A DNA stretch of 64,000 nt from positions 199,888,001-199,952,000 of the forward strand of contig OX597814.1 in assembly GCA_951406725.2 (NCBI GenBank), read 5' to 3'. This document shows positions 13,516 to 26,250 of the stretch, piece after piece. The number at the start of each line of letters is the position of its first letter. Within the stretch, counting starts at the first letter, position 1. Below the pieces are notes generated by a model, which was not told the DNA's origin, did not search any database, and saw nothing but the letters and a program-made list of their open reading frames with translations. Source of the DNA: Octopus vulgaris (Eukaryota). The translations under genes and the position numbers were made by a program.

Positions 13516-13933
13516 AACACAGACAGAAAAAATTATAATTCTTACAGAGAAGAATATTTAGAATCTCCTTCATAAATAAAGCAGTAAGAAATCCACAAAA
13601 TAAAACAGACGTTGGTCAACAAGTCAACTCTAATACATTAATAAACTAAGCTGCAGAATAATACAAAAATACACTGAAAAAATCCATCCAATATCATACT
13701 TATTAAAAATATAGTAATTATTCATAAAGTATATATGAATCAAATTCAGGTTGTCTTTGTAATAAGTGTACACATTACTAAAGACCACATAAACAAAGCT
13801 GGCAAGTGAGAGTTGTATGCAAAAACCGGAACACATTATGTAAAACTTCCTCAGAAAAACACAAACTGCATGATAACAAATTATAAACTGACACAATATG
13901 TTTCTCCTCACAATATGTTTAAACTTACACACC

Positions 13934-14166
13934 TATTTCTTTACTACCCACAAGGGGCTAAACATAGAGTGGAGAAACAAGGACAGACAAACGGATTAAG
14001 TCGATTGCATCGACCACAGTGCGTAACTGGTACTTAATTTATCGACCCCAAAAGGATGAAAGGCAAAGTCGACCTGGGTGGAATTTGAACTCAGAACATA
14101 ACAGCAGACGAAATACGGCTACGTATTTCGCGCGGCGTGCTAACGTTTCTGCCAGCTCGCCGCCTT
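13934..14166 (-). mobile_element. SINE family B
   Basis: Revcomp homology to 3971-4199. Confidence 0.85.
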
Positions 14167-14565
14167 GTTTAAACCTACACACCATCCACTAACCCACACC
14201 CCATTATCCCATGCCACTACATTCTCATACTTGCACAACTGCATAGACCCCATACCACACACACATACACATCTCCCATTATACCCATCTCTATGCATAG
14301 CTACCCTCCTATACATGCACATATAATCCCAGCGCCTCTTTCCTTCCTTCCTAACTGTCCCCACTGAACTGCATGCCCATCTGGTTCCTAACCCCTTTTT
14401 CCTAGCCACCTTTTCTTTTTCTTTCCATTTTTCTCATCAGCTTTCTCATTTTTTATCTTTTCTGATGAAGAACTAGTGTCCAAAACATTAAGACTCTCTT
14501 CTTTTAAAGCATTAAGCTAATTCAGCATTTGTTAAAACTTATCCCTCTCATGATGTCTTCTTTTT

Positions 14566-14788
14566 CGTGCTCTTGCCAGTGCCACCTGACTGGCCCTCAT
14601 GCCGGTGGCACGTAAAAGCACTCACTACACTCTCAGAGTTGTTGGCATTAGGAAAGGCCTCCAGCTGTAGAAATTCTGCCAGATCAAGATTGGCGCCTGG
14701 TGCAGCCATCTGGTTCGCCAGTCCTCAGTCAAATCGTCCAACCCATGCTAGCATAGAAAGCAGATGTTAAATGATGATGATGATGATG
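14566..14788 (+). mobile_element. RTE 3' UTR (family D)
   Basis: gccggtggcacgtaaaagcac ... aacccatgctagcatag ... (GAT)n. Confidence 0.8.
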
Positions 14789-15520
14789 TAGATATAATGA
14801 TCTGTTCTCACCTGAAGATTAAAGAGATATGAAACTCAAATCATGAGGTAAAATTTCAGTTTCAGTAAACTATATGAGTGTGTATGCTCACACACACATA
14901 TTTATATATATATATACACACACGATTAGGCACTGTAAACAAAATGTAACTAAAGAGTAGACCATAGAGTTTATGATATGTTACTTATGTTGGACATCCT
15001 TCCGATTACATAACTACTAATAAAACCAAGCCATAAAAACACCCAGGTATAAAATATTTAAATACAATAATGTACAGATGCATTGCACACCCATGTTAAA
15101 CAGTCGCAGTGACATGTACACACACAGTTTGACAAGCATACGCACATAGACATTTGTATAGACAAGAAGAAGAAAAATACACGCAGACTGCAAAACACAA
15201 ACATAACTGCTGCTCAGAATGCTTGACTTATAATTCAAACAGAATAAGAGAAGATTTACCGCTATCCTGATTTTAAAAATCAATAGCTTATAGATATATA
15301 CATACATATGTACACATGTAAATAAATACATACATATATACATACATACATGCATATATATGTATGTATATATTAATGTGTTAACTTTAGTAAAAAAACT
15401 GGAAGCTATAGAAAATATTTATATTTCTCAGTATTATACATAGTAATGTAAAAACAGATATAATTTGTCTGACGCAAGTAAAACACACATTGCAGGAACA
15501 GCGTATATGTATGTGTATAT

Positions 15521-15928
15521 AGGTGTAGGAGTGGCTGTGTGGTAAGTAGCTTGCTTACCAACCATATGGTTCCGGGTTCAGTCCCACTGCATGGCACCTT
15601 GGGCAAGTGTCTTCTACTATAGCCTAGGGGCCAACCAAAGCCTTGTGAGTGGATTTGGTAGATGGAAACTGAAAGAAGCCCGTTGTATATATATGTGTGT
15701 GTGTGTATGTTTGTGTTTCTGTGTTTGTCCCCCCAACATTGCTTGACAACCGATGGTGGTGTGTTTACATCCCTGTAACTTACCGGTTCTGCAAAAGAGA
15801 CCGATAAAATAAGTACTAGGCTTACAAAGAATAATTCCTGGGGTTGATTTGCTCAACTAAAAGTGGTGCTCCAGCATGGCCACAGCCAAATGACTGAAAC
15901 AAGTAAAAGAGTAAAAAGAGTAAAGAGA
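15521..15928 (+). mobile_element. SINE family C, full length
   Basis: ggtgtaggagtggctgtgtggtaag head to aagtaaaagag repeated tail. Confidence 0.9.
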
Positions 15929-17019
15929 GTCTTCCTTCATCACTCTTCACAACCAAACACACTCTCTCACTGATCGCAAACATATACACACGCATACTCT
16001 TTGACAAGACCTGTACCTGAATCACATACAATACTTTAGCCTGTCCCTGTACTTCTGACCACTTACCATAAAGTTCCACAGACACAATAATAACTCACAC
16101 TTATATATACACACACACACATGCATGCGTGTGTGTGTGCACTTTGTTCTTTCAATGATTTATGTCCCTCACCTTAATCTTTTGTCTTCTATCATTTACT
16201 TGTTTCAGTCATTAGTCTGCGGTCATTTTGGGACACTGTCTTGCAGAAGTTTTAGTCGAATAAATCAACCCCGGTTTTTATTATTTTTTTTTTTTGGACC
16301 TGGTATTTTTTGTATTGGTCTGTTATGGGGACATAAACACACCAACACTGGTTGTCAATGAGTGGTGGGGGACAAACATAAATACAGACAGACACACACA
16401 CACACACGTGATAGGCTTCTTTCAATTTCTATCTCTCAAATCCATTCACAAGGCTGTTGTAGAAGACACTTTCCCAAGGTGCCATGCAGTGGGACTGAAC
16501 CTGGAATCATGTGGCTGAGAGGTGCTTTCTGATTTACGCAGGTACACCAAAATAAACGCAGACTTGCTTAACTCCATACAAGTTCTCATATTTAACCAAA
16601 ACTTACTTTTAGCTGTACACATATAAAAACGCCCCTGTTCATATTGCACATGCTATTTACCTCTCAACCCTATCCTGCACCACTTCCCCAAAATATTCAC
16701 ATACACACACACACACACATGCTTTTACAGCATCACACATACACTAACATCACACATACACCACCCAGTTTACACACACACACACACATTCATCCACACA
16801 AATAAAAAAACCCAATCCACATGAAGACATGCTTTACCACATGCCCCACCTACACACCAGCCCCACCTACCTTCACCAGCCCCCATCTACCTTCAACAGC
16901 CCCACCTACCTTCACCAGCCCCACCTACCTTCCTGACTGCACCTCATGGCATTTCCTCCCTGTTTTTATAGCCTGCTGTTTTCCCTTACCTTTTTCCACC
17001 CTAATTTTTATTATGTTTA

Positions 17020-17450
17020 AGGTGGTGAGCTGGCAGAATCGTTAGCACGCCGGGCGAAATGCTTAGTGTATTTCGTCTACCATTACGTTCTGAGTTCAAA
17101 TTCCACCAAGGTCGATTTTTGCCTTTCATCCTTTCGGGGTTGATAAATTAAGTACCAGTTACACACTGGAGTCGATGTAATCGACTTAATACCTTTGTCT
17201 GTCCTTGTTTGTCCCCTCTATGTTTAGCCCCTTGTGGGCAATAAAGAAATAAGAATCATTACTTCACCAGAAAATATGCTTAGCAGTATTTCTTCCAACT
17301 TTATGTTACGAGTTCAAATGCTACTGGGGTCGACTTTGCCTTTTATCCTTTCAGGGCCAATAAAATAAGTACCAGTTACATACTGGGATAGTTGTAATTA
17401 CTTGCACCCTCTCCAAAATTGCTGGCCTTGTGTCAAGATTTGAAACCAAT
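17020..17450 (+). mobile_element. SINE family B, full copy plus partial tandem copy
   Basis: Two core motifs gcctttcatcctttc...aagtaccag. Confidence 0.8.
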
Positions 17451-17581
17451 ATTACTATGTTTTCAGACACTCGCCCTCTCTTTGTTCCTATGTTTTCCAC
17501 TTTTGTTGTCTTTCCTCTCAGAAGAATGACTTTTGGTTAAAACATCAGTCACTTGATTCTTTTTACAAGCATTAAAATTTA

Positions 17582-17881
17582 AATCCAGACGTAGAATTCA
17601 TCGGCTGTTAGACATTATATTATGTCTATTTATTTATTTTAAACAGTTCAGATAATATATAAATACTTGTGTAAAGAACTAGTAATTTCTAGAATAGAGG
17701 AAGAAGAGCAGTTTCTTACAGCTGTTTCTGTCAAGAGGTCACAGTACCCCATATGTTATTTCCATCTTTTCAGTGTACTGTAGTAATCTATAGATAAAAT
17801 TAGAGTACTTGGATATACCTCTAGGCTTCATCAGAGAGTTTTATAAGATAGTCCAAGAAGTTCATAGGGTTAATTTATGCA
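17582..17881 (-). mobile_element. ~300-bp Penelope-like/retrozyme-like repeat, copy 2, with hammerhead core
   Basis: Direct repeat of 12546-12852; CTGATGA (17834-17828) ... GAAAC-AGCT-GTA (17728-17717); decayed inverted partial copy at ~18440-18540. Confidence 0.6.
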
Positions 17882-17884
17882 TAT

Positions 17885-18284
17885 ATATATATATATATAA
17901 AGCTGAAGTTGTCTGTGTATGGCAGGTTTGGTGGTCTTCAACTAACACTATCTCCTCTGAGACCCTGCGGTACAAGTTGACCAAAATTGAAAGTATGATA
18001 GAAGAAGGCTTGCTCTTCCTTCCATAGAAGAAAAAATTCAAATCGGACCATGTTAACACCAAAAATTATTTATATCAAAAAGGTGCTTTTTTTTCTATGA
18101 AAATCCCTATTTTTTACGATTTTTTGACTGCTGTGTCGCCATTTTTCGGTGTATTTCAACCAAAAAAATGTTCACTTAAAGAGAATAACAAGCTACATAA
18201 TGCAAAATTTTTACTTTTCAAAAATTCCAATTCTAAAGGGTCGAAAAGAAAACAAGCCTGAGCAATGCTGGGCGATACTGCTAG
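17885..18284 (+). mobile_element. Non-autonomous Helitron
   Basis: Starts in tatatataaa; ends with subterminal GC hairpin gcctg-agcaatgc-tgggc, a 7-nt spacer, then CTAG followed by T; no TSD seen. Confidence 0.7.
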
Positions 18285-18594
18285 TATATATATACATACA
18301 CTCATAAATACATTCATATACATGCACACATGCATGCATATATGCATGTACATACTTATAACAGAATTAGTTATTAGTAGGTGTAGTACAATATTCTTAT
18401 TAGAGAATGCATAAAAAGAGAAAGAGAAATAATAGTATAATCGAAGAAAGTAATAGAGTTTGAGAAGGGTACAGTTTTTTAGAAATGTATTTATATATTA
18501 TCTGAACTAACAGCTGATGAATACTACCTCTGGATTCCCTTCATTTTCTTCTTGCCACATATCTATCTATCTGTCTGTCTGTCTGTCTCTTTCT

Positions 18595-18808
18595 CCCTAT
18601 CTATCTACCTCCCTCCCTCCCTATCTACCTAAACCCACCTACCTCCCTACCTACCTTCCTCCCTCCCTCCCTACATACCTCCCCACCCACCTACCTACCA
18701 ACCAACATACCCACCCACCCACCTACCAACATACCCACCGTCCCACCTACCTACCAACATACCCACCCAACTACCTACCTACCTACCTACCCAACCAACT
18801 ACCTACCT
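18595..18808. repeat. (CCTA/CCCA)n tetranucleotide microsatellite
   Basis: Directly visible. Confidence 0.9.
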
Positions 18809-18949
18809 AGTGCATAAGGTATTTGAGGACAGATTTATGTTTATAAAAAACCAGATATATAATAACAGATAATAACTTTATCTATCAGAAAATACTATGA
18901 GGATAAAATAAACCTCCTTTTCTATAATGTTATTCAATAAAGCCACCTT

Positions 18950-19545
18950 TCAACAACTGCTTCTATATGAGATCTAAATCATCTACATGCTCAAATGAAG
19001 AGGTCCTGGTTCATTCTGGACATTACTCTGACTATGGCAGATTTCAAGGTATCTTTGGTGTTATGGGCATGTTCATTGACCTCTCTCTCAACAACGCTCC
19101 TCATGTAAATAGTCCAATGGACTGAGATCTGGAAAATTAGGAGGCCAAATATTAAGGGTTATGTGATCATGAAAACTTTCAGCCATCCATTTCTGTGTTA
19201 CTAGAGTCATGTGTGATAGTGCAGAGCCTTACTGAAACACATATGGCCTTCCATTGCATACACTGTCTATCAAGGGCTTAACAATTATTTCCAGGACCTC
19301 AATGTAGGCAGCAGAGTTAACTATAAGGCCTTGTGGAAAGAAGTAAGGAGGCATCACATGTCCTTCATTGCTAACAGCCATGACAGTTGCAGGAAATTTT
19401 GTATGCATAACACTTTGAACTTCAGAAGGGTCTGCACATAACCATCTGTCATTTCTTCTGTTAACTTTTTGTTCTTGGTTGAAGTGTTTCTTGTTTAAGA
19501 AAAACCAAATCAAATCTTCTTCTGCTTGATTTTTCAGTTTGTTTA
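18950..19545 (-). mobile_element. Second DD37D/maT-like transposase relic
   Basis: ORF 19229-19513 IWFF..KKHFNQ..KFPATVMAVSNEGHVMPPYFFPQGL.VN...YIEVLE..VKP...GRPYVFQ, followed by wppnfpdlsp-like sequence; similar to the 8939 element. Confidence 0.8.
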
Positions 19546-20055
19546 CACACTCAGGTTTTTCAAAACTGGTCGCATTCTTAATGACATGAAAGAAGCCATG
19601 TTCAATTAGTGAATTTCAAAAGTCACCCAAGTTATACATTTTCTCTGCTTGTCTAAAAGTATCCATAAATTAAATGACAACCATCTTTGTCTTCAATTGT
19701 GGATCTTTTGATGTGTAAACTTCATAAAGAGCAGCAGCAGTGTAGGATTTAACTATCATCATCATCATTGTTCGACCGTGGTCGAGACTTTCATAGTCTT
19801 TTCAAATGGCTAATAATGTGTGCGCGAGCCACTACTACACACATTGGAAAGCATTGTACAACCAAGTACTAAAGAAGATCTTTCCTACTCCATGAAACAA
19901 AGCTGTTCCCGCTGGACGTCAACCCAGTATTTCTAAGCTACGGACCAAGTGATTTATTGTAAGGTTATCTCCCTAGATAGATTGCCTTCACTACGGCTAA
20001 GGAGCCCTTTAACTATGCTCATTCCCAGAGAATCATGACTGCTTCTAACTTACCT

Positions 20056-20470
20056 ATTTCTTTACTACCCACAAGGGGCTAAACACAGAGAGGACAAACA
20101 AGGACAGACAAACAGATTAAGTCAATTATATTGACCCCAGTGCATAACTGGTAGTTATTTAATCGACCCCGAAAGGATGAAAGGCAAAGTCGACCTCAGC
20201 GGAATTTGAACTCAGAATGTAAAGACAGACGAAATACCTATTTCTTTACTACCCACAAGGGGCTAAACACAGAGAGGACAAACAAGGACAGACAAACGGA
20301 TTAAGTCGATTATATCGACCCCAGTGCGTAACTGGTAGTTATTTAATCGACCCCGAAAGGATGAAAGGCAAAGTCGACCCCGGCAGAATTTGAACTCAGA
20401 ACGTAGCGGCAGACGAAATACTGCTAAGCATTTCACCCGGCATGCTAACGTTTCTACCAGCTCGCCACCT
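20056..20470 (-). mobile_element. SINE family B head-to-tail dimer
   Basis: Two units; TSD tgcttctaacttacct at 20040-20055 and 20471-20486. Confidence 0.9.
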
Positions 20471-20900
20471 TGCTTCTAACTTACCTCCACTTACCATGTA
20501 CCCTTATGAGTGAGGAAACTACAAAAGTGTCACGTGATACTTCAACTATTTGCAATCTTTCTTTATATCTGTTATCCATGAACCACTTTGCAGAAGAAAG
20601 TATCTGTGCAATGAAGCTATATATGGGTATTGAGGGTGGTGTTCATTTCTCAGTTTCCCTGTCTTCACTGGGTAGAAATAGATCTGATGATAACGGTGAC
20701 TCTAGGTGCAGGAAACTGCCAAAAGTCCAATCTGTCTGAAACTATTTCATAGCTAATTGTCACAGCTTGTTATTAATTCAATGCGTACTTCTCTCTCTTA
20801 CCATTGTCTTCTTCAACTCATTCATAAAGCCTGCAGTGCAGTGCTGTTCGGTCACTGCCACCACAGCTAAGGTGTATGATCCAGAGTATATCACACAATT

Positions 20901-21134
20901 AAGGCGGCAAGCTGCCAGAAACGTTAGCACACCGGGCGAAATGAGTAGCCATATCTCGTCTGCCATTACGTTCTGAGTTCAAATTCCACCGAGGTCAACT
21001 TTGCCTTTCATCCTTTCGGGGTCGATAAATTAAGTACCAGTTACGCACTGGGGTGGATATCATTGACTTAATCCGTTTGTCTGTCCTTGTTTGTCCCCCT
21101 CTGTGTTTAGCCCCTTGTGGGTAGTAAGGAAATA
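20901..21134 (+). mobile_element. SINE family B
   Basis: Full copy; TSD gtatatcacac at 20886-20896 and 21136-21146. Confidence 0.9.
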
Positions 21135-22062
21135 GGTATATCACACTCTAAATCGTCTTACAACATGTTTATTCACCATCCTGAGTATTTCCATATCACC
21201 TTTACAAATTCATATTCCCTATTCACATCAAATCCATAATTCTCAAGGTTACAAAATTTGGTTCACCCATCACAGAATTCAATTAACTTTGATTTCTGTG
21301 TTGAATATTTACTGTAAAGTGCAGCATATCAGCAAGTACAGTTCAACTATACTCAAAGCTATTACTATATATCTATATATCTCAAAATACATCAGAAATG
21401 CACTGTAAAGCCGGAATCATAATAAAGGGCTCGTAAATTATTGATAGTTCTCTTTGTGACTTCATGAATGCAGTCAGTTTTCAGAAAACATATGCCTTGA
21501 ATTGTATCTTTTAAAATCCAGTTAGCATACAGAATGTTATATTCATTTATATCACCCTAAATCTCGATTATTGAGCCATTTGATCTATCTCTGCTTTATG
21601 ATGCATTCCTTTAATGGCCAAAATACAAACCTAATGATGCAGAACTCTCACTAACGGTCAAATTCTGGTTGTAAACTCTTTATTAACATAATTTGCCCAC
21701 TATAAAAGCAAGCAGTACAGAAAGCAACAGCACTCCATATCCTCAAGATATGGTTGAAATAGCCTGAAAACATTGAATAAGAAGTTATTTGAGACTTTTT
21801 ATTGTTGTAGATGAACTATAATAGTGTGATATGCAGATATGAACAGCTCTAATAAAAATGATTAAATTAGATCATAGCCGTGTTTATAATATATAATGAC
21901 TAAAAAAAAGAAAAAGAAAGCTGTTCTCCATAAATACAAATGTCTTTACACACATATTTATATTCTTTTTCCTTGCTTCAGTCATTGGACTGCAGCCATA
22001 CTGGAGCACTTCCTTGATTGGTTTAGCCAATCAAATCAATTCCAATGCTTATTTTTTTTTTT

Positions 22063-22270
22063 TCATCATCGCTTAACATCCGCTTTCCATGCTAGCATGG
22101 GTTTGACCGGGGTCTGGGAAGTCAGGAGGCTGCACCAGGCCCAGTCAGCTGTAGAAACACTGCCAGATCAGACTGGAGCCTGGTGCAGCCGCCTGGCTTC
22201 CCAGACTCCGGTCGAACCATCCAACCCATGCTAGCATGGAAAGTGGACGTTAAACGATGATGATGATGAT
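22063..22270. mobile_element. Fold-back (inverted) pair of RTE 3' termini
   Basis: catcatcgcttaacatccgctttccatgctagc... and its revcomp ...gctagcatggaaagtggacgttaaacgatgatg; arms ~85 bp. Confidence 0.8.
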
Positions 22271-23512
22271 TTGGTACTTGTATTATATTGGTCTATTTTG
22301 CTGAACAGCTAAGTTAGAGGGATGCAAGCAAGCTAATGCCGATTGTCAAGCAGTGACAGGGACAAAGACACACACACACACACATCATCATATACATGTT
22401 TATATACACACACATATATATATACACACAGCAGGTTTTCTCACATTTCCTGTCTACCAAATTCATTTGCAAGGGGTTGGTTGGCCAAGGGCTGCAGCAG
22501 AGGACCCTTGCCCAAGGTGCTGCATAATGGGACTTAGCTCCCAACCAGATACTAGTGAAGTACACTTCTTAACCACACAGCCATGCCTGCCCCACCTCCC
22601 CACCCTCCTCCTCACCCTTATATCTTTCCAGAGGGCATCCAGCCATAAAATCTATGCTGAAACAGACACAGAAGCATGGTACAGGCCCCTGTCTGGCCAG
22701 CTCTTGTCAAACCATCCAACCCATGCCAGCATAGAAGGAGGACATCAAACGATGATGATGATGATGATGACCTCTGTCCCATCTAACCATCTCTCCTCAC
22801 GTTCTTATGAAATTTCCCCTTTGCCCCCACCCCCACCAGTCCAAACCTCTGTATCACTTCACCCGTATCCTCCCCCATTGCACCTTGATGTTATGTCCTG
22901 ACACATATCCACCACCATTGCCCTCACTCTCTCCATCCCTTTCTTTCTCTCTAAGTCTCTCACTCTCTCTTCTTCTCCATGTGGAACATCTTTTTATCGC
23001 TTCTACAGCAAGACACCCCTCTCTCTCTCTTTCCTTCTATTATTCTTTTAGCCTCTCATCAACTGGCATGAAGTTACCTCCCTCAATACTGTCCCCCATA
23101 ATCAAGGGGACTTTGTCTTGGCTTGCAAGTTACTTGGTGACCCTGCTGGTGCTGGTGTCACAAAAATGCACCCAGTACCCTCTGTAAAGTGGTTGGCATT
23201 AGAAAGGGCATCCAGCTGTAGAAACCAAGCCAAAATCAACAATAGAATATAACAAAGCTTTCTGGGTTACCAGTTCTTGTCAAACCATCCAACCCTTGGA
23301 GGAGAATAGATGTTAAATGGTGATGATGATGATACACATACACATATTTGTTCATTTAATGTTCATTCTTTTTCCATGCTGATATAACTTGGCTGAAGAC
23401 TTATTACTAAGGAACAGTTATACAACTGATTGTTCTTGTCACCCTCTCTTTAACTCTCTCTCTCTCTCCTGTGTGTATATGTATGTGTGACATATAGTTT
23501 GATATTAAACAT

Positions 23513-24130
23513 TGTCGTGCTTGAGAAGACCCGGCAAGCCAAATGAGACCATAACCTCGTGGCCTATGCCAGGGGTGTAACCAGCCCACTTATGCGTACC
23601 TTTCCTTCATTGGACACTAAACTCTGCTTGTGAAGACCTGTTGAGGCAAGTGAAATCGAAATCAAATTCAATGACTGGCATCTCGTGCTAGTGGAGCACT
23701 AAGAGCACCATCTGAGCATGATCGTTGCCAGAGCAGCTAACTGGCTTCCATGCTGGTGGCACGTAAACAGCACCATTTGAACGTGATCATTACCAGCATC
23801 ACCTTACTGGCACTTGTGCTGGTGGTACGTAAAAAAACATTCAAGCGAGGTTTTTGCCAGTGCCGCTGGACTGGCTCCTGTGCAGGTGGCACATAAAAAA
23901 CACCATTTGAGCATAGCTGTTGCCAGTACCACCTGACTGGCTCTCGTGCCGGTGGCACGTAAAAGCACCCACTACACTCTCGGAGTGGTTGGCGTTAGGA
24001 AGGGCATCCAGCTGTAGAAACTCTGCCAGATAAGATTGGAGTTTGGTGCAGTCATCTGGTTCGCTCGTCCTCAGTCAAATCGTCCAACCCATGCTAGCAT
24101 GGAAAGCGGATGTTAAATGACAATGATGAT
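23513..24130 (+). mobile_element. RTE LINE ORF2 stop plus long 3' UTR with internal ~50-bp repeats (family D, longest copy)
   Basis: Begins VVLEKTRQAK*, then repeated gtggcacgtaaa..cac units and the (GAT)n tail. Confidence 0.8.
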
Positions 24131-24534
24131 ATATACATATATATTCACATATATATATATGTGTGACGTTAAACGATGATGATGATGATGAATAATTCTG
24201 ATATCTTAGTGTTTGTCATTTGTTTACAATAATAAAATTCTGTGATGTCTTTACTAAAAGGTTAGTGTCGATCACATGTAATCACATTTCCGAATTTCCC
24301 ATATGAACATGAAATGTTTCTGTGATGCTTTTGAAAACTTTTATGTCGATATCTTTATAACCTTTCAGCTATGGTTTTAGGAATCCAGGTTTGTAGCAAT
24401 CATTGGATAACAGAAATGCTTTGGGGTATTTTATTATGGTTTATCACATTCTGAGTTCAAACCTGCTGAGGTCTACTTTGCCTTTCATCCTTTCAGGGTC
24501 AATAAAATAAAGAAGCTGAAATAGAAATCAATGA

Positions 24535-25004
24535 TATGCATAAGATCTAGTATAAAATCTAATTAGAGATTTCAAACTTAAAATATTCAAAGCCACAGTC
24601 GAACCAATTCTACTATATGGCTCAGAAATCTGGACGTTATCAAAGAAGCTTGAGAGGTGGTTGGATGGAACTTACACTTGCCTCCTTATGAGAGCTCAAA
24701 ATATCTCGTGGAAATATCCAACCAAAGTATAAATATATGGGAAATTACCACCTGTATCATCTCTTGTAAAAAGTAGAAGAGTCCCGTTTGCTGGACATTG
24801 TTGTAGAGCTGAAAACGAGGTAATTTCTACTCTTCTCCTCTGGAAACCATCTGCTCGCGATACCAGAGTGCACAAGGTCTCCTACCCTGATGTAATCTCC
24901 AGGGATACAGGCATCCAGCAACAGGACCTCCGTAAATGCTATGATAGACCGTGAAGTCTGGCATAACATAGTAAATTCCATTGTCTCGACCACGGTTGAA
25001 CAAT
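24535..25004 (+). mobile_element. RTE-clade LINE ORF2 C-terminal relic (second family)
   Basis: FKLKIFKATVEPILLYGSEIWTLSKKLERWLDGTYT..RRVPFAGHCCRA..LLLWKP..DREVW; the same 3' end lies inverted at 19756-19787. Confidence 0.85.
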
Positions 25005-25597
25005 GGGTGAAATGAAGAAATCAATATATCAGATTCAAAGAAAATAGCCATGAGTGAGATTGCTCACCTCCCATATAAATTTATTTTCTCTTACTTTAAT
25101 ACCTATCTTATGCCTATTTCAGAATTGTTTGAGGAATTAAATTTTAATAATTTTCCTAAATTTATGACATTTTTCAGGTAAAATATTCAATATTAATGCA
25201 ATAGATAATGAGTGTATAAAGAGAAATGTGTTCAGGCACAGATTGGAGACCCTCAGGTATGGTTCATTGCATTGTTGCTTTATCCTTTGCATTTGCTACG
25301 TAAATCCTAATTTAAATTTGGGGTCAGGGATTGCCAGGAACATATCCGACTAAGCAAACCCTCAGAATGATTTCTGATGAGACAAAAGATTATTTTGTCC
25401 ATTGCATTCAAATCAGCTCTGAAATATTTCTCAGTTATTTGTGTGATGCTGGATTGATGAAAGGCAAAAATGGTTCGTGATGGGAATTCAATTTGGAAAA
25501 CATCAAGAAGAAAACTCGATACTTTAGGCTATTTAATGGGGGGAAGAAAAAAAAGCATTACTTTTTCTGTTATCCTCTGAAATACATATAATAATAA

Positions 25598-25661
25598 AAG
25601 CTTCAGCCAACTAAGCCATCGTTGTTTTGTAGTCTGTTGATGACTTAGTTGGCCGAGACTT
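25598..25661 (-). ncRNA. Candidate pre-miRNA-like hairpin
   Basis: ~23-bp stem aagcttcagccaactaagccatc / gatgacttagttggccgagactt with an 18-nt loop; three plus-strand mismatches become G-U pairs on the minus strand. Confidence 0.25.
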
Positions 25662-25788
25662 CAAAGTCACTCTCAACAACATTCTTGCTTAAGAATAATA
25701 AATTAATACTCAACAAAACTATAGAGTAACACATCCAATTAATGTAAAATTGTTTTTATTATAACTGAGCATGAAACAAACATTATTA

Positions 25789-25851
<63 letters not shown>

Positions 25852-25854
<3 letters not shown>

Positions 25855-26250
25855 GTATATCAGATTGGTACTGTGCCACCGACAGCCAGTCGAGGCGGCT
25901 GGCATAGTCGAAGTGCTACTCGATTTCATTTCGCTGCCCAACATGCTTCACAAGCAAGGGGTTGGCAGGGTGCCTGTCGTACGGTCACATTGAGTATTTT
26001 ACGTGCCACGCCACGAGTCGATAGTGCTTACGTACATCAGACCAGGATCCTGGCTGGTTCAATCGATTTCGATTTCGTGCCAACATGTCTCACAAGCAAG
26101 GGGGCAGGGTGCCTGTCGTACGGTTGCATTGAGTATTTTATGCCACGCAGAGTCGGATAGTGCTTACGTCACCAGGCCAGGATCCTGGCTGTCATTCGTT
26201 TCGATTTCGTTGCCCCAACATGTCTTCAACATTCTTTATGGCTGAGTGGT

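Noticed and set aside
20487-21870. Decayed coding-like sequence around SINE B insertions
   Set aside because: No diagnostic transposase, integrase or RT motif identifiable
23700-23970. Regularly spaced partly palindromic gtgccaccggcac / gtggcacgtaaa repeats resembling a CRISPR array (also 53030-53290 and 54550-54740)
   Set aside because: Spacers are homologous to each other and lie in an RTE 3' UTR with a (GAT)n tail; eukaryotic context, no cas genes
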